A stretch of 64,000 nucleotides of DNA from an uncultured Verrucomicrobiae bacterium (GCA_963726745.1 CAVSDR010000003.1:288001-352000); one strand, 5' to 3'; shown: positions 42,533-52,800, counted from the first letter of the stretch. Made by a program: numbers and translations. The notes: generated from the letters alone by a model not told the origin.

Positions 42533-43840
42533 ATGAGGTCACAGCTTCCAGCCTCGGCCTCTTTCCTCCGGCGCATCTCTGCCGCTGCCGTGCTCCTCGC
42601 CTCAGTCGCATTTGCGACACCGGCAGCCCGCGCCATCGACGAGTGCAATATCGAGTGGCAACGCGTCTCTCCCGCCACGTCGCCCGGTGAAAAGATCGGC
42701 TGGGCTGCGGCTTATGATTCGCGCCGCGGCGTAGCCGTCGTCTTCGGCGGAGGCAACCCGTTCACCGGCTCCACCCGTGGAAGCGATACGACTTGGGAGT
42801 TTGCCAACGGCACCTGGACATTGCGCAACCCGGCGAATCGTCCTCCCATGCGCCAGGACGCGGCCATGGCTTTCGACATTGACCGCGGTGTGATGGTCCT
42901 CTTCGGCGGCGGCGACAACGTTTTTCAAAACGAAATTCCGCAGAACGACACCTGGGAATACGACGGCAACAACTGGACGCTGCGCCAGGCGACCAACTAC
43001 GGCAACGTCGGCCAGCCTCCGCCCTTCGACGCGCCCAGGATGGTTTACGACAGCACGCGCCGGAAATGCGTCCTCATCGCTAGTGGCGACCGTCTGGGTG
43101 GCAACGAAACGCTCAACACCAGGACCTGGGAGTGGGACGGCCTGCAGTGGACGGTCGTGAACACCGCGCCCCCGGCCCGCTACGATCCTGCCGTGGCCTA
43201 TGATGCCGCGCGCCGAGTCACCTTGATGCATGGCGGTCTGGATGCCTTGACCGGGGGCCAGGGCCCATCGGGCGACACCTGGTCGTGGAATGGCGTCGTC
43301 TGGACACAGGTCGCGACCACCGGTGCGACCGCGCGGCGAGAGCACGCCATGGCTTACGACGAACGCCGCCAGGTCGTCACCCTCACCGCCGGGCGTTTCA
43401 ACTCCAGTCTCGAGCCCGAGATGTTTGGCGATACGTGGGAGTGGAACGGCACCGCGTGGACGCTCCGTCCCGACGCCGGCGCCTTCGGCTACAGCCCGCG
43501 CCGTCTCCATCAGATGTGGTATGACCGGGCCGAGCAAAGGTTAATTTCCTTCGGCGGCACCTGGTCCAACGCGCTCCCTGGGGGCGGTTTCCGCCACACC
43601 ATTAGCGACGAAATCTTTGAGGCCCGCCCGCCCGGCCGCTGGATCGATTTTAACTACAGCGGGACCCCGCGAGACGGCCTCTTTTACACCCCGTTCCAAA
43701 CGCTCAGTGCAGGCGCCGCGTCGATCCAGGCCGGTTGCACTTTGAACCTCAAGCCCGGCAGCAGTCCGGAAGCGCTTACCATCACGCGCGCGATGCGGTT
43801 GGAAGCCTATTCCACGTCGGTCAGCATCGGCCTTCCGTAA
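42533..43840 (+). CDS. Secreted kelch-repeat protein
   Basis: Repeats of AMAYDxxRxxxVLFGG...DTWEWDGxxW. Confidence 0.8.
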   Translation: MRSQLPASASFLRRISAAAVLLASVAFATPAARAIDECNIEWQRVSPATSPGEKIGWAAAYDSRRGVAVVFGGGNPFTGSTRGSDTTWEFANGTWTLRNPANRPPMRQDAAMAFDIDRGVMVLFGGGDNVFQNEIPQNDTWEYDGNNWTLRQATNYGNVGQPPPFDAPRMVYDSTRRKCVLIASGDRLGGNETLNTRTWEWDGLQWTVVNTAPPARYDPAVAYDAARRVTLMHGGLDALTGGQGPSGDTWSWNGVVWTQVATTGATARREHAMAYDERRQVVTLTAGRFNSSLEPEMFGDTWEWNGTAWTLRPDAGAFGYSPRRLHQMWYDRAEQRLISFGGTWSNALPGGGFRHTISDEIFEARPPGRWIDFNYSGTPRDGLFYTPFQTLSAGAASIQAGCTLNLKPGSSPEALTITRAMRLEAYSTSVSIGLP

Positions 43841-43874
43841 TTTCGTCACCCAACCACACCACCCACCTCATCCT

Positions 43875-44486
43875 ATGAAGCTCCAAAAATTCCTTCTCCT
43901 CGCCGCCCTGCTCCTCGTCTTCCAGACTACCGCGCGTGCGGACGTTGCCTTGCAGTTCGGCAACTACTCCCTCCGTGTCGACGGGCAGACGACCTTCGGC
44001 TGGGCGTTTACGATCACGGCCCCGATCTCCATCACTAATCTCGGCTACTTCGATTTCCAAGGGGACGGTCTGACCGATTCGCATCCGATCGCCATTTGGG
44101 CAGGCACGGGTGGCAGTCCCCTCGCGATGGCGACGGTTCCGGCGGGGACCAGCGCCACGCTCCTCGATGGCGTTCGCTATGTCCCGATCACCCCGATCAT
44201 CCTGCCGGCCGGGACCTACGTCATCGGTGGCTTCTCGATGAACCTAACCGACAGCGTCGCGATCGAGAGCGCCATCCTGACCACAGCGCCGGGGATCAGC
44301 TACGCCGGGGCGCGGAGCGCTCAAGGCTCGTCGCTCACGTTTCCTGCGGGGAATACCCAAGGATACTCGAACGGCGACTTCGGGCCGAACTTCCAATTTG
44401 TCGCCGTGCCTGAGCCCTCGATCGCGGCACTCGTCCTGGTCGGCGGCGCGGTTTTCGTCGGCCTGCGCGCTCGGAAAACTCGATGA
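43875..44486 (+). CDS. PEP-CTERM protein (DUF4082-like domain)
   Basis: Signal peptide; FGWAFT..ITNLGYFD; GPNFQF; VPEPS + TM + RARKTR. Confidence 0.8.
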   Translation: MKLQKFLLLAALLLVFQTTARADVALQFGNYSLRVDGQTTFGWAFTITAPISITNLGYFDFQGDGLTDSHPIAIWAGTGGSPLAMATVPAGTSATLLDGVRYVPITPIILPAGTYVIGGFSMNLTDSVAIESAILTTAPGISYAGARSAQGSSLTFPAGNTQGYSNGDFGPNFQFVAVPEPSIAALVLVGGAVFVGLRARKTR

Positions 44487-47139
44487 AAACACCACCGTCG
44501 CCGTCGGCATCTCAGCGCTTTGGCCGGCGCCGTGCATTGCGCGTGCTTGTGCCTCAACGCTGCGCGCGCGGCGACCATCCCGGTCTACAATACCAACGAC
44601 GCCTTTGCCGGATCATTGCGGCAGGCAATCAACGACGCAAATCCTGCGGGCGGCGACACGATTGTCTTCCAGATCCCCACTTCCTCCGCAGGCTACAATC
44701 CAAGCTCCGGTGTCTTCACCATCGGCCTCACCAGCGGTGAGCTCTTCGTGAACAAAAGCCTAATCATCGATGGCGAGGGGAAGAAGATTGTCATCCAGCG
44801 AGCGAGCGGATCGTTTCGTATTTTTCAAGTTGCCGCCGGCACGGTCACCCTGGCGAATTTGGCGATCGCGAATGGAGTGGCGAGCAGCGCAGGCGGAATT
44901 TATAACAGCGGCAATCTGACGCTCAGGAACTGTAGTCTCTACAGCAATACCACCGGCACCGACGGCCCTTATGGCGGCGCCATCTTCAGCGGCGCCGGCG
45001 GAAGTCTACGGATCACTCGTTGTACCTTCACCGCAAACCGGGCCAACAACGACGGCAGTGCAATTTACATTGGCTATAGTGACGTCACGATTGAGAACAG
45101 CACGATCTTTTCAAATGGAAGTGCCAGCGCGGTTTTCCATAGCGGCAACGGCACCGTGCGCGTGCGCAACAGCATCATCGCCGGCGGTGGCATCACGGTC
45201 TCGGGCGCATTCGTTTCCGAAGGCTACAATATCATCGGGAGTGCGGCGGGGAGCACCGGCTTTGGGAACATCGGCGACCAGATCGGGGTGAGCGCAGCGC
45301 AGGTAAATCTCGGGCCGCTCCAGGATAACGGCGGCTCCACGAGCACAATGCGGCCGCTACCCGGCAGCCTGGCGATTGATCAGGGAAAACGCGGCCTCGA
45401 TGCGAACGGTGTCGCCCATCAACCTCGATCAGCGCGGCCTGCCGAGCCCGGTCGATCTCCCCGGGGTGAACAATGCCGCCGGCGGAGATGGCAGCGACAT
45501 CGGCGCGGTCGAAGTCGGCCCGCTCCAGACCGGCCCCGCCTTCACCGTCACGAATACCGCCGAACATAACGACGGCAATTGCACGACGGAGGAGTGCACG
45601 TTGGTGGAAGCGTTGAATGCGGCGAACGCGAATCCCGGACGCGAACACGATCAACTTTGCTGCCGGCGTCGGTGGCACAATCACAACCGCGCTGACGCCC
45701 AGCGGGCTCGCGGTCACTAGCCCAGTCACAATTAACGGTCCGGGCGCTCGCAAGCTGACGATCAAACGAATCTTCGGCCGGCCGCGTCTTTTGGGTGGCA
45801 TCACCGGAGTCAGGATCTCCGGGCTGACGGTCGCCAGACGGCATTCCTCTACGGTGAAAACGGAGCGGGTCTTCTCGTCAAGAGCGGTAGCGATCTGACG
45901 CTCACAGACTGCGCATGATACTCAGCCTCGCTTTCGCGGATGGAGCCGTGGCAGGAAGCGGCGCTGGCTTGTACAATGAAAGCGGCGCGACCTCGACTCT
46001 GCTCCGATGCAACCTTTGACGACAATGGCGCGAACCAGTTCGGTGGCGGAGTTTACAGCGATGGCACGCTGACCGCGACAAACTGCACCTTCACCCGCAA
46101 CATCGGCGCTACGCGGCGGCGGGCTGATCTCGCGAGCTGACGGTGGCGCCGCGAAGATGACGCTGCGCAACTGCACGATCACCGGCAACACGGCGAGCGA
46201 CGGCGTAGCCTCGCCGGGTTTCGGCGGTGGCGGCGTCTTCGCGGAAGGAAACAACACCCAGTATTTCGCCGCGAACAATCTCATCGCCGGCAACACCGCC
46301 ACGAACGATCCGGACATCCGCGGCAACTACACCACGCAGGGCAACAACCTGATCGGCAAAATCGGCGACGCGACCGGTTTCACCAACGGGGTGAACGGTG
46401 ACAAAATCGGCACCGTCGTCGACGCCGTTGGACGCACAGTTTGGCTCCTTCGGCGCCAACGGCGGCGCCGACCAACACCTGGAGCCTGCTGGCAAACAGC
46501 CCGGCGATTAACGCCGGGAACGACAGCCTCGCGCCCGCGACCGACCAGCGCGGCTTCGGCCGCAATGGTGCGAGCGACATCGGTGCGTTTGAGTTCAACG
46601 GCGTGCCGCCGGCCATCCCTCTCGTCGGTGCGGTTTCACGCCGGACGCACGCCAGCGCCGGCACCTTTGACATCAACCTCCCACTGACCGGAACACCCGC
46701 GGTCGAGTGCCGCACGGGTGACGCCAATGGCGATCACACCCTGGTTTTCCATTTCGAAAACTCCCTCGCCAGCGTGGGCAGCGTCGCGGTCACCAGTGGC
46801 ACCGGCTTTGTCAGCTCGAGCGCGATCGCGAACGATGCCCGCCAGTTTGTCGTCAACCTGAGCGGGATCGCGAATGAGCAGCGCGTGACCGTGACTGCGT
46901 TTAACGCCACCGACAGCCTCGGCTACACCAGCACGGCCGTCCCGGTCTCGATCCGGTTCCTCGCGGGCGACACCAGTGGCGATGGCTCGGTTAATTCAGG
47001 CGACGCTTTGCAAACTCGCAGCCGGTCCGGGCAGACCACCGATGCCGCCAATTTCCGTTCCGATTTGAACGGCGACGGCACCGTCAACAGTGGCGATACG
47101 CTCCTCGTGCGCGCACGTTCGGGCACATTTGTGCCCTAA
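44483..47139 (+). CDS. Secreted beta-helix (CSLREA/choice-of-anchor Q-like) protein with dockerin tail; several frameshifts
   Basis: GSLRQAI, GGAIF repeats, LGPLQDNGGST, DQRG..DIGAVE/DIGAFE, ECTLVEAL, terminal dockerin pair; fragments in ORFs 44520, 45376, 45617, 45940, 46157, 46441. Confidence 0.7.
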
Positions 47140-47150
47140 GGCAATTTCCT

Positions 47151-48674
47151 TCAGGCAATCGCTTCAAGCACGCGCCAGAATTCTTCCAAGGTTCCCTCTT
47201 CGCGAATGGCGCGATTGAGGGCGTCGATCCGCTGGTCGTCCGCCGCCTCTGGCAGCGGAACACGTCGAGCGCTGCGGCCGTTCCTCCGAAAAACGATCTC
47301 GTCCCACTGGATAGATTCAATTTCACGATTGAACCTGGCCACCGCGCGGCCGCGGAAGAAAGCGCGGGTGGTCTCGGGCGGGGCGAAGATCGCGGCGCGG
47401 ATTTCGTTTTCCTCGACCACGCGGCGCATCGTCCCCTGCCGCTCGAGTTCGTAGAAGAGCCCGGCGTCGGGCTGGATGTTGTGATACTCCAGATCGATCG
47501 CCTGCAGCCACGGATCACTCCAGCTCAGTTTTTCCTCCTCCTGGAAAGAGGTGAGGAGAAACTTCTTCGCCACCCAGTCGACACGATCTCTCGTTAGGCT
47601 AACGTCGCGTTCGAGGTCGTGGAGCACGTTCTCCCACTCGCGTAGCAGCCATGCGGTCTCTTCCTCCGCCGCCCGCTCGCTCTCCTGCGCCGCGCGAAGA
47701 TAAAGGCGCTGCACCTCGATCGCGGAAATCTTCCGCCCGTCGCGCAGCTCGATGATCCAATCATACGTCTGGTCGCGGCTGATCGACTTGAGCGCCTCGA
47801 CCGGCTGGGCGATTTCGATCTCGGGCGCGTTCCCGTTTTCGATCAAGTCAAGCACGAGCGCCGTCGTGCCAATCTTCAGCGCGGTGGCCCATTCGCTCAT
47901 GTTCGCGTCGCCGATGATCACGTGGAAACGGCGATACTTCGCGGCGTCGGCATGCGGCTCGTCGCGCGTGTTCACCAGCGGGCGCTTGTTCATCGTGTCG
48001 ATGCTCACGAGCACGCTGAAGAAATCCGAGCGCTGCGAAATCTGGTAGACGCCCGGCTGGCTGGCGGCGCTCTCGACTTCGATCCCCATCTTGCCGGCTC
48101 CGGCGAAAATTTGCCGCGTGATCAGAAACGGGAGCATCCCCGCGACCACGCGATTCCACGGGACGTCACGGCGCATCAGGTAATTATCGTGGCAGCCGTA
48201 GCTGTGGCCGACGAAGTCGGTGTTGTTCTTGTAAAGCCGCAGTTCCTGCTCGGGCGGCAGCTTCTCGTTCCGCCGCCGGGCGCACTCCGCGAGCACCCGC
48301 TCGCCGGCTTTATCGTGGGCCACGAGCTCGCGCAGGGTGGTGCACTCCGGCGTGGAATATTCCGGATGCGCGTGGTCGTTATAAAAACGGGCGCCATTCG
48401 AGAGCACGAGGTCGCTCTTGATTTCCTGGAAACTGAGCGGGCGGTTCTGGTCGATTTCAAAATAGGCGGACTCGTCCGTGTCCTGGAGCAGCTCCTTCGC
48501 CCGAAAACCGCGCGCGTCGCGGTGCGGATCTTCCAGCGCGTAATCCCACTTCATCAGCGCGCCGTGTTCCGTGTAGGAACGCACCAGCTCGATCGATTCG
48601 GCCACGACATCGAGCGACTCGGCGCCGTTGATCGTGATCCCGTATTCCGTCTCAATCCCAAAGACGCGCTTCAT
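47151..48674 (-). CDS. dop: Pup/UBact deamidase-depupylase Dop (PafA2 family)
   Basis: GIETEYG, NGARFYNDHAHPEYSTPEC (Dop-type), KNNTD..GHSYGCHDNY, NTRDEPHAD, RRFHVIIGDANMSE, IDLEYH. Confidence 0.85.
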   Translation of the reverse strand: MKRVFGIETEYGITINGAESLDVVAESIELVRSYTEHGALMKWDYALEDPHRDARGFRAKELLQDTDESAYFEIDQNRPLSFQEIKSDLVLSNGARFYNDHAHPEYSTPECTTLRELVAHDKAGERVLAECARRRNEKLPPEQELRLYKNNTDFVGHSYGCHDNYLMRRDVPWNRVVAGMLPFLITRQIFAGAGKMGIEVESAASQPGVYQISQRSDFFSVLVSIDTMNKRPLVNTRDEPHADAAKYRRFHVIIGDANMSEWATALKIGTTALVLDLIENGNAPEIEIAQPVEALKSISRDQTYDWIIELRDGRKISAIEVQRLYLRAAQESERAAEEETAWLLREWENVLHDLERDVSLTRDRVDWVAKKFLLTSFQEEEKLSWSDPWLQAIDLEYHNIQPDAGLFYELERQGTMRRVVEENEIRAAIFAPPETTRAFFRGRAVARFNREIESIQWDEIVFRRNGRSARRVPLPEAADDQRIDALNRAIREEGTLEEFWRVLEAIA

Positions 48675-48692
48675 TATTGGGCGAGCGAATGA

Positions 48693-50396
48693 TCAGATGA
48701 TCCCCGAAGTGCGTCGGGCCATGGCGCTCGCCGCCGCCGCTCGAGCGGGCGCGATTTTGACGACATTTTCCGGGTCGTAATCGATCAGCTTAAACCAATC
48801 CTCGGCCACGTCGGCCGGCGGGAAGATGTCGTTCTCGCTGAACTCGGCCTGGAACGAGAGCTCCAGATCCTGCTGGCTAATGCCAACCGCCGGCGCTTCC
48901 TCCGCGTTGCTCGCGATCGCGCGCTTGATTGCCCGCGCCTTCGCCCGCTCGACCACCGAGGCGATAATCGCGCCGCTCAACAGGTCGCTCCGGTAGACGT
49001 TTTCTTTCCGACCACTCCGCAGCGTGATCTCGAGGAATTTGTTCTCCTCGGTCTTCGCAAACTGCCCCTCGAGCAGGCGCTCGATCAGTTGCTCGACCGC
49101 CGCGTGCGTCTTCTCCGCGCCTTCCAGCACCGCGCGGTCATAGGGCAACTCATCGGTCAGATAAATCCGGTAAATTTCGCGCGCGCCCGCGCGGTTCGGA
49201 CGGCGCACCTTGATTTTCCGGTCGATTCGGCCCGGGCGCAGGATCGCCGGATCGATCAGGTCGGCGCGATTCGAAGCTAGGATAATCACGACGTCATCCA
49301 GCGACTCGATCCCGTCCATCTCCGAGCAAAACATCGGCACAAGCGTGGAGAGAATGTTCGAGTGCCGCGAAGAGCGGCGCGTCCCGAGGATGCTCTCGGC
49401 TTCGTCGATGAACAGAAACGGCATGTAGCCTTCGCGGCGTTTCTCGCGGGCGGTGGCGAAGATTTCCCGCACCATCCGCTCGGATTCGCCCACCCACATG
49501 TTCAGGATCTCCGGGCCCTTCACGTGCATGAAGTATTCCTTCATCTCGACGCCTGTTTTCTCGCGCAAGCGCCGCGTGAGATTGTAGGCCGTGGCCTTGC
49601 CGATGAGCGTTTTCCCACAGCCCGGCGGGCCATAAAGCAGGAAGCCTTTCGGCGTCGCGTGCTGGTATTTTGCGAAGAGCTCGCCATGGATCAGTGGCAA
49701 CTCGATCGCGTCCTTGATCGCCTGCAGCGCCTCGTCCTGACCGCCCACTTTTTCCCACGGCAACTCCGGCACTTCATCGAGGTAATGCTCGCGCGATTCC
49801 GGATGCGGCAGCGCCTCCAGCGCCATGCGGTAACTGGGGTCCACCCGCACTTCGTCGCCGGATTTAAGCGACGACTTCACCAGCGGTGCAGAGCGCTCGA
49901 GGATGGTCGATTGCATCCCGTGCTCGCCGCCCACGCGCAGCCGGTCTTCGCCCAGGACCTCGGTAATTTTCGTCACCGGCCCAGCGTTTTCAAAACCGAG
50001 ATCGCCTACGATGACGTAGGCTTCGTTGACCAGCACGCGCGTGCCCTTCTTCAAATCACGCAGCCGAATCCGCGGATCGACGTTGCAATAATAATCCGAG
50101 CCGCCGACGACAATGTGCGCCGTGTCGCGCGTCGGATTCCCAAGGTAAGTGCCGATGCGATTGGCCGGCGAAGTCACCTTCTTGATCACTTCCTCGAGCT
50201 TCTCGATCATCTGCCGCGCGCTCGCGATCATCTCCTCGTGCTCCGCGATCTCCTCGCGCAACTCCAGGAGGTCGGCCCGCAGTGGCGAGCCCGGCTCCAC
50301 CTGCGCCACCACCAGATCGAACAACTGCAGGAGGCTCAAGGGCTCGCCGCCGCCGCCGCCGTAGTTTTCCATCTCGTCGTTTGTTTTTTCGTCCAT
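48693..50396 (-). CDS. arc: Proteasome-associated AAA ATPase (ARC/Mpa-like)
   Basis: N-terminal coiled coil, OB region, EVPELPWEKVGG, LYGPPGCGKTLIGKA, VKGPEILNMWVGESER, FIDEAE, ASNRADLIDPAILRPGRID; directly upstream of dop. Confidence 0.88.
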   Translation of the reverse strand: MDEKTNDEMENYGGGGGEPLSLLQLFDLVVAQVEPGSPLRADLLELREEIAEHEEMIASARQMIEKLEEVIKKVTSPANRIGTYLGNPTRDTAHIVVGGSDYYCNVDPRIRLRDLKKGTRVLVNEAYVIVGDLGFENAGPVTKITEVLGEDRLRVGGEHGMQSTILERSAPLVKSSLKSGDEVRVDPSYRMALEALPHPESREHYLDEVPELPWEKVGGQDEALQAIKDAIELPLIHGELFAKYQHATPKGFLLYGPPGCGKTLIGKATAYNLTRRLREKTGVEMKEYFMHVKGPEILNMWVGESERMVREIFATAREKRREGYMPFLFIDEAESILGTRRSSRHSNILSTLVPMFCSEMDGIESLDDVVIILASNRADLIDPAILRPGRIDRKIKVRRPNRAGAREIYRIYLTDELPYDRAVLEGAEKTHAAVEQLIERLLEGQFAKTEENKFLEITLRSGRKENVYRSDLLSGAIIASVVERAKARAIKRAIASNAEEAPAVGISQQDLELSFQAEFSENDIFPPADVAEDWFKLIDYDPENVVKIAPARAAAASAMARRTSGII

Positions 50397-50499
50397 CGAG
50401 TCGCCGGTTGGGAACGCCTGCAAGAAAGATACGTTCCGCGGATTCGACACGCAATGCGCGCCGCTTGTTCAGTGCCGGCGCGCGCGGGGGAAAAAGTGG

Positions 50500-50528
50500 T
50501 TGAAGCAGGCCAGCGCTCGACCTACTCT
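50500..50528 (+). promoter_or_regulatory. Putative sigma70 promoter of tRNA-Asp
   Basis: TTGAAG-17 nt-TACTCT, 17 nt before the tRNA. Confidence 0.5.
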
Positions 50529-50545
50529 CCCGCTGCCTTTTTCAA

Positions 50546-50619
50546 GGAGTCTTAGCTCAATTGGTTAGAGCGCCGCCCTGTCACGGCGGAGGTTGCGGGT
50601 TCGAGCCCCGTAGACTCCG
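50546..50619 (+). tRNA. tRNA-Asp(GTC), CCA not encoded
   Basis: Acceptor stem GGAGTCT/AGACTCC, D-arm AGCTCAATTGGTTAGAGC, anticodon arm CCGCC-CTGTCAC-GGCGG, T-loop GGTTCGAGCC. Confidence 0.96.
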
Positions 50620-50631
50620 GTTTTTCCCGGC

Positions 50632-51760
50632 TTGCGAGGACGCGGCTCTCACGGTAACAGGCAGCGCATTAGCGCGTCCTCCTTTCATCGCCGAAGGAAT
50701 TTCTTCCGCGTTGCGGCGTTGCTGCTGGCGCTGGTCGCGATTCCGCGCGCGCACGCCCTTCTTCCCCTGGTCGACGGCATGGTCTGGGAGTATCGCGTCG
50801 TCGGGAGCGCGCCCGGCGAAAAAACGCCCGCGCACCTTTCCGTGCGCGTGGCCGGCCAGAGCGAGCGCAACGGCCACGAGCTTACCCGGCTCGAGACCTG
50901 GCACGACGACGTGCTCGCGAAGACCGAGCTGGTAACCGATGACACCCGCGGCCTGCTCCGCTTCGAGAGCGTGGAGGGGGAACGCAAAACCGAGTTCGAC
51001 CCGCCGCAGATTCTCGCGCCGCGGGACCTGCATGTGGGCGCCAGGTGGGAGCTGGAGAATGCCGTCGGCAGCGAAGAGCCGCGCCAGCAGATGACGGTGG
51101 ACGGCGAGGAAAAAATCACCGTGCCCGCCGGGAACTTCCGCGCCTTCCGCATCCGCTACGAGGAACCCTGGCCGCTCACGGTGCAGGTGGAGCGCTGGTT
51201 CGCGCCTGGGGTTGGCTGGATCAAAGATTCCACCATCACCCGCGGGCCCGGCGGACGACTCGTTAGCCGGGTGACCATGGAGCTGACTAAATTCTCCCCC
51301 TCCGCCGCCACGCCGAGCCCCACTCCCTCGCCTGTCCCCTCACCGCTCCCGAGCCCAACGCCGGCGCCTTCCGTCGAAATCTCTCCGGAGGAATCCCCCA
51401 CGCCCTGCCCCTTCGCCAGAAACTCCGGTCGAATTAGCCGTCGAGTTGGCCAAGACCCCCGACGGTCCGGCGGCGACCGAGTTCCCCGCCGATACGCCGA
51501 ATTTCTATGTCCGCTGGCGCGGCGCGAATTTGCCCACTGGATCGGTCGTTCGCTTCACCTGGGTGGCGGAAGACGTGGGCGACATCGTCGATCCGAATTT
51601 CATCGTCGACCAAAAGAATCTCCAGGTGAACACGCCCAACGTGAGCGGGCGGTTCACCCTCTCGCGTCCGCCGGACGGTTGGGCCCCGGGGAAATATCGA
51701 GTGGACCTTTACCTGGACGATAGGCTAACGAGCAGTCTCGCGATCACCATTCAAGAATAG
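50632..51760 (+). CDS. Secreted two-domain hypothetical protein with PS/PT linker; frameshift near 51410; start uncertain
   Basis: Signal-like LLLALVAIPRAHA, EKITVPAGNF..WFAPGVGWIK domain, Pro-rich linker, Ig-like C-domain (GWAPGKYRVDLYL) in the ORF 51446 frame. Confidence 0.55.
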
Positions 51761-51765
51761 CCAGC

Positions 51766-52800
51766 ATGATCACCTTCTACGCGCCGGAGCAGCCCGGAGC
51801 CGTCGACCAAAGCGGCGAGCAGTGCGCCGCCCTCACGCCCGGCGCAGTCTGGATCGACCTGCTCGAGCCGAGCCCGGCGGAAGAGCAAGCCCTCGAGCGC
51901 GCCCTCGGGATTAACATTCCCACGCGCGAAGAAATGATGGAGATCGAGCTCTCCAGCCGGCTCTACGAGGAAGGCGACGCGCTCTTCATGACCGCGACCG
52001 TCATGACGCGGAGCGACACGAGCACGCCGCAGAGTTCCGCGGTCACTTTCATCATGACCGCGGGCAAGCTCATCACCTTGCGCTACGCCGATCCCGCGCC
52101 CTTCGCGACCTTCCGGAAAAAGCGCGAAGCCCATCCCGAGCGCTACCAAAATGCCGGCCAATTCCTCGCCGGGATCATCGACGCGATCGTGGAGCGAATA
52201 GCCGACATCCTCGAAGGCGTGGGCGCGAATCTCGACCGCATTTCCCTGCGCGTCTTCGATCCCGGGCAGCCCGCGGAACCGCTCCCGCTGCCCGCGCGCC
52301 TGCACCACAGCGCCCATGGTCGCGCGCGGAAAACGCGCCAGCGCGATTTCGTGGAAACGCTCCGCCGCATCGGCGCCGCGAGCGATCTGGTTTCGCGCGC
52401 GCGCGAGAGCCTGGTCAGCTTCACCCGCTTGCTCGCGTTCTACCGCGAAGTCCACAAGGACGACGGCAACGGCACGCGCGAGGCGCACAAGCATTTGAAG
52501 ACAATCGCGGGCGATCTCACCTCGCTGAGCGACCACGCCAGTTTCCTCGGGAGCAAGGTCAGTTTTCTCCTCGATGCCACCCTCGGGATGATCAACAACG
52601 AGCAGAATGGCATCATCAAAATCCTCTCCGTGGCCGCGCTCGTTTTCCTCCCGCCCACGCTCGTGGCCGGGATCTACGGGATGAACTTCCAGCACATGCC
52701 GGAGCTGAGCTGGGTGCGCGGTTACCCGTGGGCGCTCACGCTCATGGTCTTCTCCGCGGTCGTGCCTTATCTCTTCTTCAAGCGACGCGGCTGGCTTTAG
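51766..52800 (+). CDS. corA: CorA-family Mg2+/Co2+ transporter
   Basis: WIDLLEP, EIELSSRLY, LPPTLVAGIYGMNF..MPEL. Confidence 0.92.
   Translation: MITFYAPEQPGAVDQSGEQCAALTPGAVWIDLLEPSPAEEQALERALGINIPTREEMMEIELSSRLYEEGDALFMTATVMTRSDTSTPQSSAVTFIMTAGKLITLRYADPAPFATFRKKREAHPERYQNAGQFLAGIIDAIVERIADILEGVGANLDRISLRVFDPGQPAEPLPLPARLHHSAHGRARKTRQRDFVETLRRIGAASDLVSRARESLVSFTRLLAFYREVHKDDGNGTREAHKHLKTIAGDLTSLSDHASFLGSKVSFLLDATLGMINNEQNGIIKILSVAALVFLPPTLVAGIYGMNFQHMPELSWVRGYPWALTLMVFSAVVPYLFFKRRGWL

Noticed and set aside
50546..50700. tRNA-Asp as an integration site
   Set aside because: No integrase nearby and no duplicated tRNA 3' end seen in the window.
51300..51410. Low-complexity C-rich repeats
   Set aside because: They encode an ordinary Pro-Ser/Thr interdomain linker.
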